A stretch of 63,066 bases of DNA, the filler included, from Octopus bimaculoides (taxonomy: Eukaryota), in NCBI RefSeq assembly GCF_001194135.2. It is 6 parts of 5 records of this genome, joined end to end, with 100 filler letters (N's around TTAATTAATTAA, not from the genome) between each part and the next. Parts side by side here need not be neighbours in the genome. Positions count along the whole stretch, not along the records: positions 1 to 22,834 come from NC_068983.1; positions 22,935 to 43,445 come from NC_068996.1; 4 more parts are not named here. The stretch is one strand, 5' to 3'. Below are positions 12,398 to 23,776 of this stretch, in pieces. The notes below the pieces were generated by a model. The model ran no database searches. It had not been told where the DNA came from and was given only the letters and a program-made list of their open reading frames with translations. Positions within the stretch are counted from its first letter, which is position 1. The number at the start of each line of letters is the position of its first letter. The translations under genes and the position numbers were made by a program.

Positions 12398-13023
12398 TAT
12401 ATGCTCCANNNNNNNNNNNNNNNNNNNNNNNNNNNNNNNNNNNNNNNNNNNNNNNNNNNNNNNNNNNNNNNNNNNNNNNNNNNNNNNNNNNNNNNNNNNN
12501 NNNNNNNNNNNNNNNNNNNNNNNNNNNNNNNNNNNNNNNNNNNNNNNNNNNNNNNNNNNNNNNNNNNNNNNNNNNNNNNNNNNNNNNNNNNNNNNNNNNN
12601 NNNNNNNNNNNNNNNNNNNNNNNNNNNNNNNNNNNNNNNNNNNNNNNNNNNNNNNNNNNNNNNNNNNNNNNNNNNNNNNNNNNNNNNNNNNNNNNNNNNN
12701 NNNNNNNNNNNNNNNNNNNNNNNNNNNNNNNNNNNNNNNNNNNNNNNNNNNNNNNNNNNNNNNNNNNNNNNNNNNNNNNNNNNNNNNNNNNNNNNNNNNN
12801 NNNNNNNNNNNNNNNNNNNNNNNNNNNNNNNNNNNNNNNNNNNNNNNNNNNNNNNNNNNNNNNNNNNNNNNNNNNNNNNNNNNNNNNNNNNNNNNNNNNN
12901 NNNNNNNNNNNNNNNNNNNNNNNNNNNNNNNNNNNNNNNNNNNNNNNNNNNNNNNNNNNNNNNNNNNNNNNNNNNNNNNNNNNNNNNNNNNNNNNNNNNN
13001 NNNNNNNNNNNNNNNNNNNNNNN

Positions 13024-13224
13024 ATATTCGTGCAGGTGACATGTAAAAGCACCTACTACACTCTCTGAGTGGTTGGCGTTAGGAAGGGCATCCAGCTGTA
13101 GAAACTCTGCCAAATTTAGATTGGAGCCTGGTGTTGCCATCCGGTTTCACCAGTCCTCAGTCAAGTCGTCCAACCCATGCTAGCATGGAAAGCGGACGTT
13201 AAACGATGATGATGATGATGATGA
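13024..13224 (+). mobile_element. RTE 3' end duplicated across the 12408-13023 gap
   Basis: Essentially identical to 12218-12397, and followed by the same flank ATATGCTCCA. Confidence 0.85.
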
Positions 13225-13269
13225 TATATGCTCCACTGGAGGGCTTTTGTTCTCAGCCGTCTGGATTAC

Positions 13270-13830
13270 TGCTCCCAACTGTAGTTACCAAGCAGTGTAG
13301 AATTAATGACAGAACTCGAGGCAATCCAGCAAAGCTACACACAGAATATTGTACAACGTGACATATCAGCTACTTGGAGAGACTGAAGGATTTAAGACTC
13401 TACATCTTGGAGCGAAGGCAGGAAAGATACATGGTAATATACATCTGGAAAATCTGAGAAAGTCTTGTTTCAAACCTTGCTGTCACTTACACAAACATCA
13501 GGATGAAGTGCTACTGCATGGTTCCAAAGGTCCCAGCATTGCAATCAGGATACAGGACCAGATAGTGCAACCACTTGGGCCTCAATGGTCCACAGCTCTT
13601 CAATATCCTCCCACAAAACCTGAGAGATCTCCATGCATTGATGTAGGCTTTTTCAAAAAACGAGATCTCCTGTTGTCAAGAGTTCTGGATGACCCTACCT
13701 CTAGGCAAGAAACACAGATGAGGACAGCAACATTGAACACCCTCATCCACCAAATGTCACATATCAGAGGAGGTTTGGTGAAAATGCAGCAAAGTAAATG
13801 GTGGTGTCCCAGCATGACTGCAGTCCTTGG
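13270..13830 (+). mobile_element. CR1/L2-type LINE 3' fragment, same family as 3540-5450
   Basis: Translates with frameshifts to LKDLRLYILERRQERYMVIYIWKI...GPQLFNILP.NLRDLH. Confidence 0.75.
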
Positions 13831-13859
13831 ACTGAAACTTAGAAACGAATATAGTCGTG

Positions 13860-16650
13860 TCTTTACTGGTCTAACAACTATACTGTTATACTAGAGTGGG
13901 TGTTATAACTATCTGACATTAAGGATTACAACAATGGGGATGAGGAATTAACAAACTCACAAAAGTTTTGGGGAAAATTTTACAGAAAATAAACATCATA
14001 AAATTATGAAAATTTATTGGCTGGGTAGCTCGAATTGCAAAAACAGCAATAACAGTAATTGGACGAACAACAACAGCAGCAACTACAACTGTATGAACAA
14101 CATCAGCTACAACTGCAGGAACAACAACAGAAACAACAACAATTGAAAAAGCAACAATAGCAGAAGCAATAACATCAACAATTACTATTACAGCAACAAA
14201 TGCTGTAATTAATGAAAAGTAAATCATTAGCAAATGCTGTAATTAATGAAAAGTAAATCATTAGCAAATGCTGAGAAAATGTTCTCACTCGAATATGTTG
14301 CAAACTCGATAACAGAGCTTAAGTGCAAACCAGGCGAAGGAGTTCCCTTTGAGGCTTACAACAGAAGATACAAACAAATTTTCAAATAAAGTGCAATGAT
14401 TGGGACATCATCATCATCATCATCATCATTTAACGTCCGCTTTCCATGCTAGCTGGGTTGGACGATTTGACTGAGAACTGGCGAACCAGATGGCTACACC
14501 AGGCTCCAATCTGATTTGGCAGAGTTTCTACAGCTGGAAGCCCTTCCTAACGCCAACCACTCCGAGAGTGTAGAATGATATGACGATGATATGAAAACAC
14601 ATTTAATCTTAAGAAAACTGGCAGCAGGAGAACATGAGCATTACAGCAATTACGTACTCCTGGAAAAACATTCTGACATAACCTTTAAAAATACATTAGA
14701 CATATTGTGTAAATTTTTAGTGAGAAAAGCTCGTTGTTCAATACAGCGAAATGTTTGAATCTAGAAAAAGAACAACGAGGAGGACTACACATATACCGGT
14801 AGAGTTAACAGGGAATGTGAAAATTTTAAAGTGGACAAATTAATACCAGATATGTTCAAGTGCCTGATATTTACTCAGGGACTAACTGCAGAAAAAGACA
14901 CAGAAGTAAGAAGAAAAATTCTTGCTAAGCTGTAACCTTACAACAAGTGTCAGAAGAGTGTGAAAGAATAGTAAATTTAAGGCACAACACAGAGAAAATT
15001 GAACATAAAGATTGCTCCCAAGTGAAACAGGTGCGAAATAGGCAGAATAGAAATCAAGTATGTACTAAAATACAGTACAGACAGGACAAAAATCAGGAAA
15101 AACCTTTGTTTTGCATGTGGAGGTCTACACCTGAGGAAAAACTGTCCATTTAAGAAAGTGGAATGTTTCCATTATGGAAAAATTGGACACATAAAAATGC
15201 ATTGAAAAACCAAGATGACAAAATGTTGGAACAAAGAAATAAGAATAAACAGTATATCATCAAAAGACAATGGTAATATAACAAAGAGAAAATTCGTAAA
15301 TGTGAAAATTAAAAATATAAGAGTAAAAATGCAGTTAGATACTGGAAGTGATATTGCCATTGTGACTGAAGAAACTTGGAAGTATATTGGTAAGCTGAAA
15401 TTAAGTGAATTTGTGTGTAATGAAACAGTTTGTGATCAAATGAAAATGGCAAAAATATGTGCTAAAAATTTCAGTAAATCTGTTTGGCACAGAGTAGATG
15501 GAACTATTCAAATTGTGGAATACACCCATAAATGTTTTGTGTGGGAATATAGTTAATTTGGTCAAAGGTTCAAATGAGGCTGAGGGACTGAAGCAAGAAA
15601 TAAAACATTTATATCCACATGTTTTCTCAGAGAAACTGGGCTGTTGCATGAAAACAAAGGTAAAAATTGCAGTAAAACAAGATGAAAAACACCTGTATTT
15701 AAGCCAGAATGGAATGTACTGTTCGTGGTAATAAACCAGATAAATAAGGAACTTGAAAGACTTGAAAGACTTGAAAACCTAGGAATAATTGAAAAGATGG
15801 ATCACTCAGACTGGGAAGCACCTACAGTCTACATAAAAAAGAAAAATATCAAGTTAAGAGTTTGTGCAAATTTTTCAACAGGTTTGAATGATTGCTTAAA
15901 TGCACATAACTACCCATTGCCGTACCCCTTGGAAGTGTTTGCAAAATTGAATGGAGAGAAATTCTTCTCAAAACTAGACCTCTCGGAGGCATATCTACAA
16001 ATCCAAGTAGAAGAAGAATGCTCACATTTATTAACCATCAATACACACCAAGGCTTATTTAAATTTAAGCATTTTCACTTTGGTGTAAAAGTGATTCCAT
16101 TCATATTTCAGCAAATAATGGATACAATACTGGGTGACTGTGATTTTGCTATCACCTATTTAGATGATATTCTAATAAAAAGTGAATCACAGGAACAACA
16201 TGTAGAACACTTTAAAAGGACATTTGAGAAGATAAGAGAATATGGTTTCAAGTTAATGGAAGAAAAATGCAAGTTCTTTATGAAAAAAATTAAATACTTG
16301 GGCCAGATAATAGATAAAAATGGATGAAAACCGGATTCATCTAGAGCAACTGTGATAAAAAATGTGCCCACACCAAATAATGTGACCATGCTAGAAGCAT
16401 TCTTGAGTTTAGTAAATTATTATCAAATTTACATTTCCAATATACATAATGTAAGGGCCCTGCTCAATGATCTGTTAAAGAAAAATACAAAATGGTGTTG
16501 GACTGATAAATGTCAGAAGGCATTTGATGAGTTAAAAAGCATTTTAACATCAGATTTATTGTTATTGCATTTTGATCCAAAGATGGATATTATATTGGTT
16601 ACAGATGTGAGTGATTATGGTGCAGAAGCCATGCTTCTGCACAAATATGA
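13860..16650 (+). mobile_element. Decayed Ty3/gypsy LTR retrotransposon (K02A2.6/Mag-like): PBS, gag, protease, RT, partial RNase H
   Basis: TTACAACA then TGGGGATGAGGA (PBS-like) at 13935; CFACGGLHLRKNC and CFHYGKIGHIKMH knuckles at about 15109-15205; QLDTGSD at 15338; RT ORF 15725-16327 with KLDLSEAYLQI and YLDDILI; RNase H LVTDVSDYG. Confidence 0.9.
14406..14575 (-). mobile_element. RTE 3' end inserted into the gypsy gag
   Basis: (CAT)n TTTAACGTCCGCTTTCCATGC.. interrupts the gag-like sequence. Confidence 0.85.
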
Positions 16651-17064
16651 TGATATGTGTAAAATGTCTACAGATAACGTTTGCAATTTTGGCTGGATAT
16701 ACTTGAGATTGCTCCAATCTGGCCAGCCTCAAGGAAAAACTAAGCTAAGAGCACTAAATTCCTTGGAAGAAAGCAGCGAATGTATACGAAAACAAGGACG
16801 GAAAAAAACGGACAAATGGTACACAAATACAAATAACAGGATATTAACAATGGGTGTCTTTTGACTATACACAACAGGCATCTTTCAGTTTTTGTCAACT
16901 AATTCCACTCACAAAGCTTTGATAAGCCTGGAGCTATAGGAGAAGACATGAAGACTTTTGCCCAACAAACTGCTCAGTGGGACTGAATCCCAGACCACAT
17001 AACTGGAAATTTTAAAAATTTCTCACATAATTTCACATTACATTTGATGCTAATTTCAATTTTT

Positions 17065-17255
17065 GGTACAAGGCCAGTAATTTCGGAGGAAGGGAATAAA
17101 TCCATCAGATCGACCCCAATGCTCAACTGGTACTTATTTTATTAACTCCAAAAGGATAAATGGCAAAGTCAATCTTGGCGGGATTTGAACTCAGACTGTA
17201 AAGACATGAAATGCCACCAAGCATTTTGCCCAGCATGGTAGTGATTCTACCAGTG
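17065..17255 (-). mobile_element. tRNA-derived SINE, GGCGGCGAGCTGGCAGAATCGTTAG family
   Basis: GATCGACCCCAATGCTCAACTGGTACTTATTTT..GGCAAAGTC..GATTTGAACTCAG, matching the units at 59340-60665. Confidence 0.7.
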
Positions 17256-17654
17256 TGTCACTTTACATTAGAAATGATACTACCAATATAAAGAACTGGT
17301 ATAACCTCACTTTTAATACTTCTGTTAGAACTTGTATGACAAGTAACCAGCTTCTAAACATATAACTTCTAGAATTGTCACACATGATTCACAACTCTGT
17401 CGTTTTCAGCATTTTCTGATTCTCATGTAGAAAAGTCTAATCTCAGCATTCTGAACTACCAGAACCACTTATTCATTTCCTGTCAGTTCAGATTCCCGGA
17501 CAACCAAATTGCTAAGTTAAAAAAAAAATTTTTATGCTTCTTACTTACTCTGGTGTAAGGTAAGTGGGTCACGGAAGGACATTTTTAAAGTTAACTGTTA
17601 TAGTGGAAAATGTTTTCTTTCTCTTTAGCATATGTATTTATCTATGTCTGTATG

Positions 17655-17874
17655 TATGAGGTGGTGCTGAAAAGTTCCTAGCTTTGGGTAAAAGAAAATA
17701 CAGCAGGATCAGTTAGTTATGATTTTATTCAACATATTCCATTCTCAGATTCACACAGTTATTGCAGCAGTCCCTCAGTTTTTCTAAGCCCTGTAAAAGA
17801 ACTCAGAAGGATGGGTCTCCAACTAGGCCTTTTGTGATACACTTAAAGCCAGGAACTTTTCAGTACACCCTGTA
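17655..17874. mobile_element. Tc1/mariner-type MITE
   Basis: Inverted ends TATGAGGTGGTGCTGAAAAGTTCCTAGCTTT and AAAGCCAGGAACTTTTCAGTACACCCTGTA, with TA at both termini. Confidence 0.8.
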
Positions 17875-18416
17875 TATATATGTATGTATGTATGTCATTA
17901 TTCAATTTATTTCAAGCTTTCTTGTCAATAGAGAAAGAACCGATTTCTAACCTGTATCTAAGTTTCCTTCATGGGAATTTCAATGTATTTTTGTTTGTAT
18001 GTATGTATGTATGTTTTATGTATATATTCTCATGTATATAGTTACATATCTAGACATGCTCATATATATTTAAATGATAAACTTCTGGAAAGTTTTACAG
18101 ATTTTTACAGTTCCAGTGATGGATTGGATCTGTAGTCTTCAAGTTAGCTTTCTACTTTCTGGTTTTGAAAAGCCTAATTTCTCACGATTGGCATTTAGGC
18201 AATGTGTTACATATCCCAGGGCCCCAAATGTTTGTATGTATGTATGTATGTATGTATGTATGTATGTATGTATGCATGTGTATCCATGTGTGTATGTGTG
18301 TATGATTGTGTGTATGTATGTGTGAGTGATCTGTGTTAGTGTGTGCATGTATGCATGTATGCATGCATGTATGTAGGTATGTATGTAAGCATATATGAAT
18401 ATAAGAATGCAAGTAC

Positions 18417-18447
<31 letters not shown>

Positions 18448-19599
18448 TGAATGTATGAATGCATGTGTACATAGGTTTAGGAGTGTATGTTATTACATAA
18501 TATTTATGTGTACTTCACTGAAATCAGAATAGCAATCCAATTTTGCTTGAATTGATACTTGGTACCTGTGTTTATGCACACGTACACACACACACATGAA
18601 CACACACACGTACACACACACACACACACACATGCATATATGATGATGAAATGATGATGATGATGATGATGATCATAATCATTATAGCGAAGATGGTGAT
18701 AGTAAACATAACTGAGATATAATGTCATTACTTTTAATGACAATTATATTTAATTACCATTATATCTTAATTGCTATTATATTTTCTTATTCTACTATAT
18801 GCATCTATTACATTATATAGGAAAATGCAGAAACACGCACAGATACACACACATGCACACACACACACACACACATGAGCCCGACACTACATACATACAT
18901 ACATACATACATGCACACACACACACACATACACACACACATACATACATACATACATACATACATGCATGCTTAAAGGAGAATCTGGATAAACCGGGAT
19001 TTTCAAAAAGAGAAATTGACCAGCTTGTTCATTTAAATTCTGATATTTCATGCTAGCATGGGTTAGATGAGGACTTACTTCAAACAGGATTCTATTGCTG
19101 GATTCCTGTCATCAACCCATGCATAACTTCAAGTAAGATATTTTTTTTCCATAGTTTTTTAAAAGCAGAAAAAATGTAACCTCACTCTCAGCAAAGAATG
19201 TAAACACCATATCACCATTTTACTCAAAGTGTAACAAACTTTGCTTGTATAGAAATGTTCATGTACATTTGTCTTCATGCATGCATGCGTGCACACACAC
19301 ACACACACATTTTTATAACCATACATATATACACCGGGCTTCCTACAGTTTCCATCAAGAAAATTTATTCACAAAGCTCAGGTTGTCTTAGAACTGTAGT
19401 GAAGGCATTTACACAAGTTGAAATGCAGCAAGACCAAAATAAACACCACATGACTGTGAGGCAAAGTTATTGATTACACAGCATTGCCTGTGACAATAGC
19501 CATGCTTAAACTTCCATCCATCCATCCATCCATCCATCCATCCATCCATCCATCCATTCATCAATACATACATACATACAAAAATACATGCACACACAC

Positions 19600-19642
<43 letters not shown>

Positions 19643-19833
19643 GGAGTAAGCACATAAATCTGAAACAAGGTGGAAAAAAAAAAGTACTCAAATACCAGAG
19701 GTAGAGTAATATGCTTTATTTAAGAGCAGCAGAAATATAACAAAAGCTGTTACTCAGAGTAAATAATAATACATCCTTTTGTTGTTTACACCACCTGTCC
19801 TCGTCTGTTGTTGTTTTTTTTTTGTACATTCTC

Positions 19834-19906
<73 letters not shown>

Positions 19907-19907
19907 C

Positions 19908-20770
19908 ATCATCATCATCATCATCATTGTTTAACATCTGCTTTCCATGCTGGTATGCTTTGGACAGTCTGACTGAGGACTGGCAAGCCGGTAGGCTGCG
20001 CTAGGCTCCAATCTGATCTGGCAAGGTTTCTACAACTGGATGCCCTTCCTCATGCCAACCACTCCGAGAATGTAGTGGGTGCTTTTTATGTGTCACTGGC
20101 ACAAGGGCCAATCAGGCAGTACTGGCATCGACCATGCTTGAATGCTGCTTTTTACGTGCCACCAGCACAGGAACCAGTCAGGCAGCACTGGAAATGACCA
20201 AGCTCAAATGGTGCATTTTACATGCCACCGGCATGGAACCAGTCAAGCGGCACTCACATTGACCACATTTGAATTGTGCTTTTACATGCCACCGGCACAG
20301 GTATCAGTCAGGCGATAATGACATCATCCATGACAATGATTTCACTTGACTCAACAGATCTTCTCAAGTACAGTTTATTGCCCAATGTTTGAAGGATACT
20401 CTTAAATGGGCTGGTTATGCTGCACTGGCATAGGCCATGGTTACGGTCTCACTTGGCTTGTTGGGTCTTCTCAAGGACAGTATATCTCCAAAGGTCTCAG
20501 TTGCTTGTCATTGTCTCCCTGAGGCCCAATGTTCGAAGGTTGTGCTTCACTACCTTATCCCAGGTCTTCCTGGGTCTACCTCTTCTACAGGTTCCCTCCA
20601 CTGTCATGGTATGACACTTTTTCACACAGCTCTCCTCATCCATATGAGAAACATGACCATACTGGTGCAGTTGTCTCTCTTGCACACCGCATATGATGCT
20701 TCTTATGTCCAACTTTTCTCTCAGTGCACTTATACTCTGTCATGTATGCACATTGACATTACACATCCAG
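19908..20770 (-). mobile_element. RTE LINE 3' portion (ORF end, 3' UTR with internal repeats, tail)
   Basis: ORF 20497-20712: RQLHQYGHVSHMDEESCVKKC..VEGTCRRGRPRKTWDKVV; links the abundant CATCATCGTTTAAC repeats to an RTE ORF. Confidence 0.9.
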
Positions 20771-20899
20771 CGGAGCATATGCAAATACATACACACACAC
20801 ACAGACACAGACACACACACACAGACACAGACACACACACACATACACACACACACACACACACAAACACACATACATACATAGGAAAGAGTAAAAATT

Positions 20900-21200
20900 C
20901 CCTTCAGTCATGAATGACCATGGGATTGCCCCTAGAAAGTTCCCCTCCAAGGCACAAGTCCGGGCAATGTTGTTTATGGAAGACCATCAGTCACCTGTGC
21001 ATACCAGCCTCCCCTTTCCATGCCACCAATATTATCCAACAGAAAGGTAAAGGCCAATAAAGCTTGGCACCTGTGATGTCACAACTCATTTCTACAGCTG
21101 AGTGAACTGGAGCAACGTGAAATAAAGTGTCTTGCTCAAGAACACAACACAGCCCAGTCTGGGAATCAAATTCACTACCTCATGATTGTGAGCCCGACAC
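20900..21200 (-). mobile_element. tRNA-derived SINE with V/CORE-like central segment
   Basis: Minus strand GTGTTGTGTTCTTGAGCAAGACACTTTATTTCACGTTGCTCCAGTTCACTCAGCTGTAG; same family as 37860-38180. Confidence 0.7.
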
Positions 21201-21222
21201 TACATACATACATACATACATG

Positions 21223-21258
<36 letters not shown>

Positions 21259-21599
21259 TGCATACATACATACATACATACATGCTTAAAGGAGAATCTG
21301 GATAAACTGGGAGAAATTGACCAGCTAATTCATACATTACAAGTGCAATGTGTGAGTGGAACAGTAAAAATATGCAAGACTTTTCTCAAATTCCAAATGT
21401 GAATTTGTCTGTGTTAACTACATCCCAAAGATGAAGTTTTATATCTTTGTTGGAAACCAGCTCCCTCCTCAGTGGAAGATTTATAATAATTAAAAAATAG
21501 AAGAGACATACATACATATATAGATGCAAACAAATTGATATGCATTTATTTCCAGTGGATTCAAAAAGAAAACCTTTTAAATGATTGGCAGAACTTAGC

Positions 21600-22135
21600 T
21601 ATTCTACATATTATTTGATATATGAATTGATAGAGATTTTCTGTGATTTTCATTAGCAGATCCCAGTATTTGTATATTAATGGTTTTATTATAAGGACAT
21701 GCTTTTGTGATACTGCTCTTATTATTTAGATATGGTTTTGAATGATATAGCTATGAGTAGAAATATATGAATATGCGTGTCTATAGAGAAGGGTGAACAT
21801 TCTCAAATAATTGGGAAGCCAGCTCATCATATATTGTTACCTAATTCCTATATTTACTTGTGTATCTGATATTTTGTAAAATCTGTTTTTCTCATGCAAT
21901 AGAATGTTCAACAGCTGTCGAAGTATATTTTATGCTTTTCTTTCACAGTGTTTATCAGAAGTACAATATCGATATTGTCTTTTATATATAAATTGCCAAT
22001 AACAGTTCGTGGTCCTCTGATCTTTATATCAATATTACGTATTTGTCTGATGTCATGAAAGCATTAATATTGTTATCTGGTATTGATAATTCAGTTAGGC
22101 CTGTTTTATAGCATTTTCATATCTAACAGGATCTT
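21600..22135 (-). pseudogene. Possible highly decayed non-LTR reverse transcriptase fragment
   Basis: Frameshifted F-D-S-V-E-H resembles the RT motif KAFDSV.H; otherwise weak. Confidence 0.3.
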
Positions 22136-22418
22136 ATATATATCATATATCATCATCATCATCGTCATCATCATCATCATCATCATCACCATCATCATCA
22201 TTTAGTGTCCATCTTCCATGCTTGCATGGGTTGGTTGGTTTGACAAGGATCCAATGAGTCAAAAGACTGAATTGCACTTTAGTGTCTGTTCTGAAATAGT
22301 TTCTACAGCTGGATGCTGTTCGTAATGTCATTACAAATATAAATATGAATATATACATATAAAAATAGAAATATTACATGTCTAAACCTCTCAGCGAGAT
22401 TTATGCAGTAACAGCATA

Positions 22419-22680
22419 ATAAAGTGATGACTTGTTGCCAACTTAATGTGACAGTCCCAAGAAAGGGAAGGATATTACTGTTATTTAGCCCCAAGAAACA
22501 CCATTTCTAGTTGGCTACATGACACAAGTGTTCTGTGTCCTTAAAATTTCAAACTTAAGGACACAGAATGCTTGTGCTGCATAGCCAACTAGAAACGGTG
22601 TTTCTTGGGGCTAAATAACAGTAACATTCATCCCTTTCCTGGGACTGTCACATTAAGTTGGCAACAAACCATCACTTTAT
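22419..22680. repeat. 262-bp imperfect palindrome
   Basis: ATAAAGTGATG..TTGCCAACTTAATGTGACAGTCCC...GTGTCCTTAA | TTAAGGACAC...GGGACTGTCACATTAAGTTGGCAA..CATCACTTTAT. Confidence 0.9.
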
Positions 22681-22687
22681 AATATAT

Positions 22688-22753
<66 letters not shown>

Positions 22754-22834
22754 ATGTATGTATATATATTTGTGTATATGTATGTATGTATATATATATG
22801 TATATATGTGTGTGTATATATGTATATGTATATA

Positions 22835-22934
22835 NNNNNNNNNNNNNNNNNNNNNNNNNNNNNNNNNNNNNNNNNNNNTTAATTAATTAANNNNNNNNNN
22901 NNNNNNNNNNNNNNNNNNNNNNNNNNNNNNNNNN
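22835..22934. other. Artificial scaffold linker (44N-TTAATTAATTAA-44N)
   Basis: Exact 100-nt pattern, repeated five times in the window. Confidence 0.95.
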
Positions 22935-23052
22935 ATGGTATTTGTGACTGTGTCAGTGGTGTTGTGGCTTTTTCCTGCCTCTCTTTCGCTTGCTGCTGGT
23001 GAAGAGAGCAAAGGTTGAATTGAACTGTTGCTGCTGCTGCTGCTGTTGTTGC

Positions 23053-23111
<59 letters not shown>

Positions 23112-23241
23112 TTGTTGTTGTTGTCGTTGTTGTTGTTGGTAGTGGTAATGATGGCGTCACCAAAATTGGTGTTGACGTCAAATTCTTTGGAGACATCGTC
23201 TGTGTTCTGTTTTGTAACCTTGGTTACAGTTTTGTTTTTGT

Positions 23242-23282
<41 letters not shown>

Positions 23283-23685
23283 TGAGATTGACTGATTGAT
23301 TGATTAACCGATTGATTGAAATTGAATGGATAGATCTAAATTAAATGGTTCCCCCATCAATTTTTACGGTGGTTATTGCAGTCATTCGATGAACTGCAGT
23401 GCCTATTTACTGAATTGTAGTGTAAGTGATGGAATAATCCGCAAAACTTCTGAATTCCTAACATAATTTTTAGAATGAGTGAACGTGACACAATATTTTT
23501 CAATCTACAGCTTTGAATCACGCGTACAATCAGTACTACTGCCTGTGATTCAGTTACTGAAATTTCCAGTTTTTTTCACTGATCAGGTTTGAGTCGATCT
23601 GAGGTTATAGTGAAAGACACTTACCCATGACATCACTCACTGAGATCGAGATCACATAATTACTAGCGCTCACACATACGCGCAC

Positions 23686-23776
<91 letters not shown>

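Noticed and set aside
10670-13140. Longest ORFs in the track (190-270 aa)
   Set aside because: They run through N gaps and are mostly X; likewise 24591-25826, 28131-28682, 37099-37731 and 42489-42917.
17931-17980. Hammerhead-like text on the minus strand (CCATGAAGG..AGGTTAGAAATCGGTT)
   Set aside because: Core is altered and no stem I pairing could be found; a family consensus would be needed.
21421-21470. AAGATGAAG..GGAAACCAG hammerhead-like text
   Set aside because: No CUGA core and no convincing stems.
22879-22890. TTAATTAATTAA palindrome as a biological site
   Set aside because: Always centred in exactly 44+44 Ns; an assembly linker.
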